Positions 12,920 to 24,352 of a stretch of DNA of 64,000 bases are shown here, in pieces. Origin of the DNA: Octopus sinensis (Eukaryota); NCBI RefSeq assembly GCF_006345805.1, contig NC_043009.1:186001-250000 (forward strand). The letters run 5' to 3'. How positions within the stretch are numbered: position 1 is the stretch's first letter; each line of letters begins with the position of its first letter. The translations under genes and the position numbers were made by a program. The notes under the pieces are model-generated. The model was not told the DNA's origin and did not search any database. It saw only the letters and a list, made by a program, of their open reading frames with translations.

Positions 12920-15900
12920 ATATACCCAGGCCCTATGGAAATTGCATCAAACCCACTCGACCAAAATGCCTTAACCAAAACCAAGACCGAAACCAAAACC
13001 AGAACAAATTCAAGCTGCCCCAGAAATATGCAGACATAGTACGGAATGCCCCAAACAAGGAGAAGGCGCACATTTGCAGAGGAAATGCAGACGGCGGCAG
13101 CAGAACAAAGAAATTTTGTGGAAATAGCAGAGAAAATTGTGGGACAACTGGCCTGGATACATCGTCTTCAGAGCCAGGGGCACTCACAACAGCACTCAAG
13201 ACCACCACAATCAAGGGACCCAGGGTGGCCACTGCTGACACCAGCCCAGGTGCCACACCGACAGCCTTTATTGACACCCCAAATATCTCACCAGTGCTTC
13301 TGCTGAATGTCAGAGGTCTGGTGAAAACCCACTAATATGAGTAAAATTCCTTACCTTAGGGACTTAAGCACAAGCAACCATGCAATATGCATAGCGCTGA
13401 CTGAAACGCACCTGTCAAGCAGTATAGCAGATGCAGAAATACACGTACCAAAGTATACTGTTTTTCGGTCAGACAGGAAGGAAAGAACTCATGGTGGGGT
13501 TGTCCTGTACGTCCGTGAAGATGTCACACCCATAGTACTGTTGACACACTCAAACTCAGTCTGTGACACACTGATAGTACACATGAAACAACCGAAAATA
13601 GTAATATGTGTCACATATCGGCCACCAGACACCCCTAGTCATGAAGGAGTGTTTGAAGATAGCCTCAGAAGAATAGAAGAAGTCCTGGACAAACTGGACC
13701 AGGGTAACACCATTCTACTGCTGGGAGATTTTAACCTTCCGAAAGTCAAATGGCCAGATGGCCATCTCCTCCCTGGAATGACATCACTTGAACAGAGACA
13801 GACAGAGTCCTTGTTGGCTCTCACACGCAAGTTTTTCATGGAACAAGCAGTGCTTCGGCCAACAAGAGGTGAGAATGTCTTGGACCTCTGTTTCACAAGC
13901 AACCCGATGCTCATCCACAACATAATGGTAACACCTACAATTCTCTCAGATCACAACTTAGTAGAGGTAATGATATATGGTATGAGAGAGTTAGTTGAGA
14001 CGCAGCCATTAGAAAATACCACAGGCCTATCCAGTCTAAACTTCCATAAGGCAAACTGGAAGAAGATCAATGAAGAGATCCGAAAACATGACTGGAGTGA
14101 CTTCATCACCACACAAGAGACCAACACACATTTCCAACATTTCATGACAACAATACAGAACATATGCCATAAGTTTGTCCCGGAGAAAAAAGCCAGCGGG
14201 CATAGGAACGTTATTCCAGAGACAGGAAAATACTTATGAGGCGAAGAGCTAAGCTCTCGAAGCAACTGAATGCACGGCAGAGAAACAATAAGGGACTCCA
14301 CCTGAAACTTTTTGAAACGGAAACTGCACTCAAACTTTCCTATGAGAAGGAGAGGGCAGAGAGAGAAGCCAGGGCTATAGAGAATATTAAAACAAACCCT
14401 AAAGCTTTCTTTAAATTTGCGAAAGAAACCACCTCGGTACACTGCAAGATTGGCCCACTCTTTGATAAAAAGGGCTCTCTAACTGAGGACCCCCAAGGGA
14501 TAAGTGAAATACTAAAGGAACAGTATAAAAGTGTGTTCACATCCCCTCTGGGGCACATGCAAATCACAAACCCAGAAGTTTTCTTTGATGCCACAACACT
14601 CCAAAACCAAACAACAACCATCGACCACATAGACATAACAGAGGGGATGTAAATCTGCCATAGAAGAAATGAGAATAAACTCAGCTGCTGGACCAGATGG
14701 ATTCCCAGCAGTCCTCCTAAAAACATGCAGGCATGCCCTAGCGGGACCACTGAAGATGCTCTTCAGTGGTTCCTTGGCTAACGGTAAACTGCCCAGGGCG
14801 CTAAAAGAAGGCACCATATGCCCTATCCACAAAGGAGGGAGTAGAGCAGAGGCCAAAAACTACAGGCCAGTCTCCCTGACGTCACACATAAGTAAGGTCA
14901 TGGAACGAATCATCAGAAAAAAAACTGATCACGTTCCTCGAAGAAACTAACCGTCTCACTGACACACAGCATGGCTTTCGCCCAGGAAGAAGAAGCTGCC
15001 TTACGCAGCTGTTACAACACTACGACTGGGTACTGAAACAACTACTGGATCGCTCACAGGTGGATGTGTATATCTCGACTTTGCGAAGGCCTTTGACAAA
15101 GTCGACTACGGAGTGATATGTCACAAATTACTCAGACTCGGCATAACAGGAAAAGTAGGTGAGTGGATACATGACTTCCTGAAGGACAGAAGCCAGATGG
15201 TTGCAGCCAATGGAGCCCTCTCGGGAAAGACACCAATAGCAAGCGGGGTGCCACAGGGCACAGTCTTGGGACCCTTGCTGTTTTTGGTGGCGCTCTCTGA
15301 CATGCCCTTGGTAGCACAAACAACATCCCTCACTAGCTATGCTGATGACACAAAGGTAGCACAGGCAATTAAAAACCCAGCTGATGCTGACCTTTTACAA
15401 CAAGATCTGGATGCCAGAAAACAACATGCAATTTAATGCTGGTAAATTTCAAGCCTTACAATATCAAGCTGTAAACACATATACATTACAACACAACTAT
15501 ACTGGTCCAGGAGGGATCGAAATCCCAGTATCGAAATCAATACGGGACCTGGGGATAGACATGAGTGACGATGCATCTTTTTCTTCACACATCGCGAAGG
15601 TGGCGACAATGTGCAGACGACTCACTGGCTGGATCCTGAGGACATTCCGGACAAGAGACTGCGAGACCATGTTGACACTATGGAGGACATTTGTCCTAAG
15701 CCGCCTAGACTACTGCTCCCAACTGTGGTCACCGCATAGTGTCAAACTAACCACAGAGCTTGAGACAATCCAAAGACATTTCACCAAGAGGATTTCCACC
15801 ATGAAAGAAAAGAACTATTGGGAGAGGCTTAGGGAACTCAATTTGTACTCCTTGGAACGAAGACGAGAGAGATATGCAGTGATATACATATGGAAAATCC

Positions 15901-16302
15901 TGGAGGGACTAGCACCAAATTTGGAATTGAGAGCTGTTCCAATCCCCGTACAGGTCGTCACTGTGTGGTGCCAAAGGTCCCGTCTTCCACATCCAGGGTA
16001 AGGAGCAGATACTGTAATAGCCTGGGGTTCAGGGGCCCTCAGCTGTTCAACAAACTGCCAAGAAAACTAAGAGATCTACATGATGCGGATGTGGACATTT
16101 CAAAAAACATCTAGACAAGCTGCTTTCCGGGATCCCAGATGAACCACTGCAAGGTACGAAGGTAACCTAAGGGCAGCAGCTACAAACTCTCTCTTAGATC
16201 AGTGGCCAGCCACGGCAAACTGGACTTAGAGAGGGTAGCAACAAGGGCGGTGCCCCAGCATGGCCTCAGCCGGATGGCTGAAACAAGTAAAAGAGTAAAA
16301 GA

Positions 16303-16304
<2 letters not shown>
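12920..16304 (+). mobile_element. CR1/L2-group LINE, near full-length ORF2 (APE endonuclease plus RT), frameshifted
   Basis: APE: NVRGL, IALTETHL, GDFNLP, LDLCF, SDHN. RT: YRPVSLTS, DFAKAFDKV, SGVPQGTVLGPLLF, YADD, LERRRERY. The 3' tail is a stem-loop followed by (AAAAGAGT)2. Confidence 0.92.
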
Positions 16305-16362
<58 letters not shown>

Positions 16363-16443
16363 GTGTGTGTGTGTGTGGTGTGTGTGTGTGTGTGTGTCTG
16401 TGTGTGTGTGTGGTCTGTGTGTGTGTGGTGTGTGTGTGTGTGT

Positions 16444-17340
16444 GTAATGAAATTATTGTATACAGTGCTCAGGTGCACCGCAACTTGTCAAAAGTGCGTA
16501 TAAAGCATATGCAGTAATGTACAAATGTCTGGAAAGTGAACAGTGTATGAGTCAGAAACATGCTTGCGTGTGTATGGAGACGAGAAAATCAGGTGTAGTG
16601 TTGGCGAATCTCAGGAAGCATGAAAGTTTTGAAGGATGCAGTGCTCCGACAACTAACAACTTGATGCCAGCAGTTTGTTCCATGCTTCAGAAACTCTCAG
16701 CGTGAAAAAATGTTTCCTGAAGTCATGGGAGCTGTGCTGTTTTCTGACTTTGTAAACATGTCCACGGGTGTTAGACAGATGGAGTTTGAAAAGGTGATCA
16801 GAGTTATTGTTAGTTAGATGGTTAATAATTTTATGGGTGTCTGCCAAGTCAGCTGCCAGACGTCGGAGTTTCAATGTATCCATGCCCAGGGAAGTAAGGA
16901 GTTCAGAATATGGCAAATGCTTGATGGAGGGTATTCTCTTGGTTGCACGTCACTGAACGGCTTCCAGACGATTAATACCCTGGGTAAGATAGGGGTTCCA
17001 GACTGGTGATGCAAATTCCAAGTGAGGTTGCACCATAGCTATATAAAGACGCAGATAGATAGCCGGAGAGCGGCTTACAAAGGACTTGGTGAGTGATGCC
17101 AAGACACCCTCAGCCTTCTTGGCAATTGTAGCAATGTGTTTTGTCCAATGCAAATCGCTGTTGACAACAATGCCCAGGTTAAGTTCACAAGAAGACTTTT
17201 TGAGATTAGTGTGGTGGAAGGAGTAAGTAGACGCTGGGTTTTCCTCCCAAAATGCATGGTGGTACATTTGTCAACAGCCAGCTTGAGTTGCCAGTCCATG
17301 ACCCACTGCTGCATTGTGTCCAGGTCTGATTGCAATAAAG
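16444..17340 (-). mobile_element. CR1-group LINE 3' fragment (second LINE family, copy 1)
   Basis: RT C-terminus RLYIAMV.PHLEFASPVWNPY, LKLRRLAADL, FFTLRVSEAWN; homologous to 62270-63018. Confidence 0.88.
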
Positions 17341-17374
17341 ATCTATAGTGTACAGGATCTGACCTCTTTATTTC

Positions 17375-17430
<56 letters not shown>

Positions 17431-17446
17431 TATATATAATATATGA

Positions 17447-17607
17447 AAATGTAATGTGTGACAATTATTCGGTAACCATGATAAAACTCGGAGTTTTATC
17501 ATGGTTACCGAATAATTCTCACACATTACATTTTACAGATAAATTCTTCTATTTGCATAATATCGAGGTCTCTTCATTCTTTTGTTGTCTTACTGTTTTT
17601 ATCAATA
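17447..17607 (+). repeat. Fold-back copy of the HHR family A repeat, centred on the ribozyme stem III
   Basis: Near-perfect ~89-bp hairpin centred on AAAACTC-G-GAGTTTT; the downstream sequence is homologous to 37340-37455 and to the reverse complement of 11545-11655. Confidence 0.85.
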
Positions 17608-17611
17608 TATA

Positions 17612-17663
<52 letters not shown>

Positions 17664-17674
17664 TATATATATAT

Positions 17675-17997
17675 CTTAACTCTTTTACTCGTTTCAACCT
17701 TGCGGCTGTCCTCATGCTGGAGCACCACCATGGTCTTTCTGACTTCCTGAGTCTGGGTGTTTCACATCACCACTCCTGCATGTGCCTTTTCTCCAGCTGT
17801 TGGTACATTTGGTGCATAATTGAGTTTGATTCCGCTGCCCTCGTCTATACCTCATGTCAAGCTGTTGGCTCATCCGGTATTGTGGGGAGGAGGATGTCTA
17901 GTTCCTTTTTGAAGACATCTACTTCCACCTTATGCAAATTTCTTAATTTTTGTGGCATGGCATTGAAGAGCTGTGGGTCTATGAACCCTAGACCATA
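17675..17997 (-). mobile_element. 3' fragment of a LINE related to the 12920-16304 element
   Basis: LGFIDPQLFNAMPQKLRNLHKVEVDVFKKELD..IPDEP aligns with SLGFRGPQLFNKLPRKLRDLH..VDI; same tail GGTGGTGCTCCAGCATG..CAGCCGCAAGGTTGAAACGAGTAAAAGAGT. Confidence 0.85.
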
Positions 17998-18054
17998 TGT
18001 ATATATATATATGCGTGTGTATATACATATATATATATATATATTATTTTCTTT

Positions 18055-18280
18055 TCATTTACTCTTTTTATTTGGTTCAGTCATCTGACTGCGGCCATGC
18101 TGGAACACCGACTTTAGTCGAGCAAATTGAACCTAGGACTTATTATTTGTAAGCCTAGTATTTATTCTATCGGTCTCTTTTTCCGAACCGCTAAGTTACG
18201 AGGACGTAAACACCAGCATCGGTTGTCAAGCGATGTTGAAGGAACAAACACAGGCATACATACATACATACATACATACA

Positions 18281-18312
<32 letters not shown>

Positions 18313-18431
18313 CGACCTGCTTCTTTCAATTTCCGTCTACAAAATCCACTCACAAGGCTTTGGTCGGCCCGAGGTTATAGTTGAAGACACATGCCCAAGA
18401 TGCCACGCAGTGGGACTGAACTCAGAACCAT
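18055..18431 (-). mobile_element. SINE family 1 copy with internal (TACA)n
   Basis: Reverse complement is colinear with 9988-10393. Confidence 0.9.
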
Positions 18432-19697
18432 GTGGCTGGTAAGCAAGCTACGTTATTTCAAAAAATTTGTCATTATAGACAGTACAAAGAGTGTGTAGCT
18501 TTGCGGGCCGGACAAACACATTAATGAATGAAAATGAAATAAAAAGAATAAATGAGAGACGAAACCCAACACCCGCCGATTGGATTTTTCTCGAAAACAT
18601 TTTTTTTTAAATATCAATATGAGGTTTCAAACCTCTTACAAGAAGGAGGCACTAAAACTTCTCACTTAACATGTCTTTTTTTTTAAACACACAATTGAGG
18701 TTATAAACCACTGCAAATAATACAATAAGATGAGGTTTCAAACCCTCTAACGAGGCTTTTTCACCTCCTACTTTTCGATATATCCATCGGTATATTCATC
18801 ATTATCTTCAATGCCGCTTGAGTTCCTGTATCCCGCCATTTCCCATGCCTCACGCATGTTGGACATGTAAGTCGTGTAAGGGCCACCCGGCCATATGCGA
18901 CACTCCTCCCCAAATCCTTTAAGCCTTTCCCACAACGGAAACCTTATGACCTCCACAGCTATGTGCGGAGGCCATTCGGGATCCCGTGTGAAGAGCATAT
19001 TACTGTCTCTTTACACACTCGTCTTTTGTTTTTTGTAAATTCTCACTCTGTGTGTGTGTTTGTGTGTGTGTGCGCGCATACAGTAATGCCTCGATATAAG
19101 AGTTAATTTGTTCTCAGTGACTTCTTCTAAAGCAATACAATAATTTCTCATTGTAGGTATGTTATAAATCGTATTATCCCAGAAAATATATTTTACCGAT
19201 AAAATTTTTACATAAAAGACATGAAAACAACAATATAATCTAAAGAATATTTTATGTAAAATGCAAAAAGAAAGTGAAGATCATTTATGATAAAAAATGT
19301 TATTTATATAATCGTTTTCTAAGTCACTTTCACACGCACTAGTCCCAAGCAAACCATTACTTGTAGACGCGATCGCCGATTCATTAGCACTCGTACACAG
19401 ACTTGTAGGCTTCTGTTTAAAAACAATACAAGAGTTATTTGATTAGAAAACGTTTTTTTCGCTTTCTATAAATGTCTCGGTAGCATGCAGATGCATTTAG
19501 TATGGTAATCGAAGCTTCGCATGCTACCGAGACATTTATAGAATCGAAGCTTCACACTTCGTTCAAAATTTGGATCAGTTTTACCTTTTTATTTATTATA
19601 AAATATAAATCGTAAACCTGTAAAGCAGGTCCTCGTAAAATGTAGTATTACTGAATATATATATATATATATTATATATATGGTGTGTGTGTGTGTG

Positions 19698-19746
<49 letters not shown>

Positions 19747-20397
19747 CATAATAAAGGGTAATTGCAACAAGTTGCTCAAAACCACATACCGAAAATATTA
19801 GAAATGGCAGCCAATTGGTCACCATTTCTCCTACTAGTAAAAAAGTCTCCACAAACAAACAGAATTTGCAACCCGTATATGGTAAAGAGAAAGAAGAGAC
19901 TTTTTTACTAGTAGGAGAAATGGTGACCTATTTGGCTGCCATTTCTAATATTTTCGGTATGTGGTTTTGAGCAACTTGTTGCAATTAACCCTTTATTATA
20001 ATTAATATAATCCTTACCAAATATGGTCTTTTCCATACCGATAAAACTACTAGGTGAAATTTATTAATTTTATTAAATTAATTATATTTCACCCTTTTGT
20101 GTATATATATATATATAATAATATAGGGTGAAATTAATTAATTTGGAATAATCATTAATTTCACCAAGTAGATTTCGGCATGTAAAAGCCCATTCGAGGG
20201 AGGTTTAAGTAATACTAAGTAATTAAGGGTTTAGCAACGATTTGCCTCACCACACACTGAATTTAGAAATAGCAGTCAAAGAGTTCTGACTATTCTTTCT
20301 ACTTAAAAGGGAGATCTCAGTAAAACCACAGCACTTAAAAGGCAAACAACGCAGGCAAAAGAGAAAGAGATGACGACAATCATTCTATATTAAGTCA

Positions 20398-20488
20398 CCT
20401 ACGGACGTACGTTTCAAAATTAAGTCATAGGAAAGCATAAAAATTACATAATTATGTCTTACCCGACTATTTTTCTCTTCAGCGTAGG
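20398..20488 (-). ncRNA. Type-I hammerhead ribozyme motif with a 60-nt stem II (HHR family E)
   Basis: Minus strand: CCTACG CTGAAGA [60-nt imperfect hairpin] GAA ACGTACGT C CGTAGG. Perfect 6-bp stem I, palindromic stem III, GUC cleavage triplet. Confidence 0.85.
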
Positions 20489-20512
20489 ACTCTACAATTA
20501 TGAATAATTGTG

Positions 20513-20549
<37 letters not shown>

Positions 20550-20604
20550 CATACATACATACATACATACATACATACTACATACATACATACATACATA
20601 CATC

Positions 20605-21190
20605 AGACGGGGGCTGGGGGATAGCGGGCCCAGGCTCTTAAATGTAACGATATTGCCGGCGGTCGATTGGGAAGGATCAAAAGCGATTTTGACCCTGTGG
20701 ACCCCATCGGCCGCAACAGATCTGGTTTTTCCAGATTTTGTTTTTTAAATGGCTGGCTGCAAGTATCCGGTGATACTTGAGGGACGTCCCTCCAAGTGTC
20801 ACTCGTGCCTGCAGCCAGGCCACACTAAAAAGAACTGCCCCCCAGGACCATGGTATGGTCCTGGAACAGTCACTGGATGCTACCTTCCCTACCCGGTCAA
20901 AGGGAGAGGTGGATATGGTCGAGGAGGCTTCAGCCTCCTCAACCCAAAAAGGATTAAAAAGGAAGAAGGCGGGCAACAATAGTTGCCCACCGAAGGAACC
21001 TAAGGCTTCGGGAGGTGGGGGAGATACTCCGGACAAAGCGGAAGAGCTCTACTCTCCCGAAGTCAGGAAGAAAAGAAAAAAATGAAAGAAGAATGGGTCA
21101 TCGCAGGGGGGAGATGATGTGCCGTCTGCATGTCCTAAAGTTGTGCCACCCACGGTGGAAGAAACGACCCCCCACCCTTAAAGATGATGA
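20605..21190 (+). pseudogene. Tx1/L1-like ORF1 fragment with gag-type zinc knuckle
   Basis: VILEGRPSKCHSCLQPGHTKKNC (CX2CX4HX4C); similar to VTVEGRRPRCHVCGITNHLLAFC at 58942. Confidence 0.65.
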
Positions 21191-21269
21191 TACATACATA
21201 CATACATACATATATATCGGCGTAGGTACACTTTGGTCTCTTGTATGTAAGTATATATTTATCTAAATC

Positions 21270-22020
21270 TTGTACGACTCTATTCTTTCTATTATTCTTT
21301 CCTTCTTTCTATCAGCCCTTTCACGCTTACTTTGTTCATGCCACTCTTCGTTCTTTCGTTCCCCCTCTCTCATATTTCCTTGCTTTCTCTTCATGTTCAC
21401 TTTCCGTCCTCTTTTCACTTCACTGTGTCCCCGTCATTTTTACTTGCCCCTCCTTATTTCTTCTGTTCCTCTGTCTCTAATTCCCTCTCTTCTCTCCCCA
21501 CGTGACCGGTGTTCGGCCAAGCCTGACCTTTTTTCTTGGTTCGGCCGCCGTCCGTGCAACATCTATATTCCTCCCTGGGCCTGTGAAATCTTGTATCCCA
21601 GCCGTAAGTCTTTACTTCCACACACACCAGCTTAATTTAATTCGTCCTTAGTCGAAAGACACCTGTTGTTATGTCCTGTTATTTGTATTTGTGTAACATT
21701 CCCCGTTTTTTTTGTCCTTGTTTTCATATACATTCACTGCTTTCTTCCAAAGAATCTAATGCTCTTAGCTTAGTTTTTCTTTAGGGCCGGCCAGATTGGA
21801 GCAATCTCGTGTATAACCAGCTGAAATTGCAAAGATAATTTGAAGCTCAACTGAGAAAAGAAAACTCCAAATGACCCGTCCTTGTTTTCTTTGTATCGTC
21901 TGTCTCGATGTTTTGTTGTCCCTTTTTTGTATCACCTGCCTGTATGTTTTGTGTTCTTGTCCCATTTTGTATTTTTTATATATAAAACATATAGCGGCGT
22001 ACGTAGACCTTGGTCCCTAT
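21270..22020 (+). repeat. Unclassified interspersed repeat family C (other copies 34017-34270 and 46735-47400, both on the minus strand)
   Basis: Shared core AATCTAATGC..GGCCAG.T.GGAGCAATCTC..GAAATTGC in three places; each copy ends next to a TA or CA microsatellite. Confidence 0.8.
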
Positions 22021-22069
22021 ACACACACACACACGCACGCACACACACACACATACACACACACACACG

Positions 22070-22121
<52 letters not shown>

Positions 22122-22480
22122 ATATATATATATTTATATTGACTTAGAAATACTTGCTGGTTAGAGAGTTATAGCGTAAGGGAGATAATTGTAAATATAT
22201 AAAATATATATGAAGGAAAAATTCATTCACATGGAACACACACGTATCCACCTACACAAAACATATAAATAGTATTTTTGCACAGATAGACTTTAAAATA
22301 CATCGACATGTCCCTGTTTCTTTTTCTCTTCTTTTTTCTCATTTACAATTTACTTGCAAATATCCGGTCAGTTTGTCCTTATTAGCCTATTTGTTTTTCC
22401 TTTTAGATTTTATTTGTGGTAATATCTTTTTTGATGTTTTCCTTAAAATGTTTACACTGACGAGAATGACAATACATAAA

Positions 22481-22520
<40 letters not shown>

Positions 22521-22523
<3 letters not shown>

Positions 22524-23464
22524 TAGTTTTATTTTTATAGCGTGCTTTCACTTCACTACAGAGCGCAGCTCTGTGTGCCTTGGGTATGTGCTGTGATTTG
22601 TTGTGATGCTCTGATGGTTATTGTATGGAAAGTGTTCTGCGTAGGATGTGTGCAGTGCCTAGTAGTGCAATTTTCTGTATGTTATATGTGTTTGTAAGTC
22701 CTGGTGTTTTTGTTATGTATTTGTCTGAATATTTTTTTATCATGCCTAATGCACCTACTATGATAGGAATTGTTTCTGTTTTCAGATTCCACATTCTAGT
22801 TACCTCTATTTTAAGGTTTCTGTATTTTGAGAGTTTCTCCATTTCTTTTAGAGAAACGTTGTCATCTGCCGGTATTGATACATCAATTAGAAAGCATTTT
22901 TTTTCTTCATGATCTCTGACAACTATATCTGGTCTGTTGGCCTTAATTTCTCTATCTGTGTGTATCGGCATATCGCAGAGTATGGTTGCTTTCTCGTTTT
23001 CTGTGACCTTTTCTGGTGTGTGCCTATACCATCTTTTTTCTGTTGTTATTCCATAATGTTGGCATAGCTTCCAATGTATGTAGGTTCCTACTCTGTCATG
23101 TCTGTGAATATATTCCTTCTTAGCCAGGACTGGGCAGCTAGAGATAATATGATTTATTGTTTCTTGTCCATCTCCACATATTCTGCAGTTACATGTAATA
23201 TTTCTTTTCATTACATGTTTTTGGTAATTTTGGTGGGGGGGGAGGCTTTGGTCTTGTGCTGCAATTAAAAATCCTCTGTTTCTGCTTTGAGTCCTGAGCT
23301 CTCAACCATTGCTGGGATTTTTCTTTGTCTATTTCTTTTGCGTTTAGTTTAGTCCAGTATTTACCATGAAGGGGCTTTTCTTGCCATCGTTTTATCATGG
23401 TTCGTTGCTGTTCTATTTTATTTGGATTTCATTTGTTTTATAGCTTTTGTTGTTTCTTCATCAT

Positions 23465-23495
<31 letters not shown>

Positions 23496-24300
23496 TTCTT
23501 CTTCTTCTCTTCTTCTTCTTCTTATTCTTCATGTTTATTAGGTGGTATGATCTTGTTTGTATTTGTCAGCGTCCTTAAATACTGAGAACAGTTTTTTTTT
23601 GCTCGTGTTTTGCTGCTATCTGGATCAGTTTTCCTTCCTTCTGAAGTAGATATTTTTGCAGTCCTATGGTGGTTATTTTATAGTAGTTTTCCAGCTGTAT
23701 AAGGCCTCTACCATCTTCTATACGTTGTATATATAGTCTTTCTATGTCAGATTTTGGGTGATGCATCCTAGATCCTGTCAGTATTTTTCTTGTGTTCCTA
23801 TCTATTTTGGACAGTTCATTTCGTGTCCAGTTAAGGATATTGTAGCTGTAACTTATAACTGGGACAGCTAAAGTGTTGATACCTATTATCTTGTTTTTAG
23901 CATTGAGCTCTGTTTTTAGTATTGATCTAACTCGTCTATAATATTCTTTTTTATTTTCTCTTTCATTTGTGTGTGTTGTGTCTTATCTAGTTCATGGATT
24001 CCTAAGTATTTGTAAGTTTGGCTTTGGTCTAATTCTTTTATTTCATTGGCTTTATCTAGTGTGATGTTGTTACTCTTAACTAGTTTCCCTCTTTTCATGG
24101 TTACTTTGGCGCATATTTCTAATCCAAATTTCATATCTATTTCTTTGGTAAATCCATGAACTGTCTTTAATAGTGTTTCCAGCTGTTTGTCATTTGCAGC
24201 GTATAGTTTTAGGTCATCCATATATAAAAGGTGGCTGATCGTTTTGCCGTAACATTTATATCCGCATCCAGTTCTATTTAGCATTACCAGTTCTATTTAG

Positions 24301-24305
<5 letters not shown>
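22521..24305 (-). mobile_element. Dong/R4 family A copy 2, 5'-truncated, flanked by (TAA)n on both sides
   Basis: Highly similar to copy 1; ORF pieces 23916-24284 (LYMDD) and 22618-23211 (CCHC, RHD, RPD, KY.NL); (TTA)n at 22483-22520 and 24303-24350. Confidence 0.95.
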
Positions 24306-24352
<47 letters not shown>

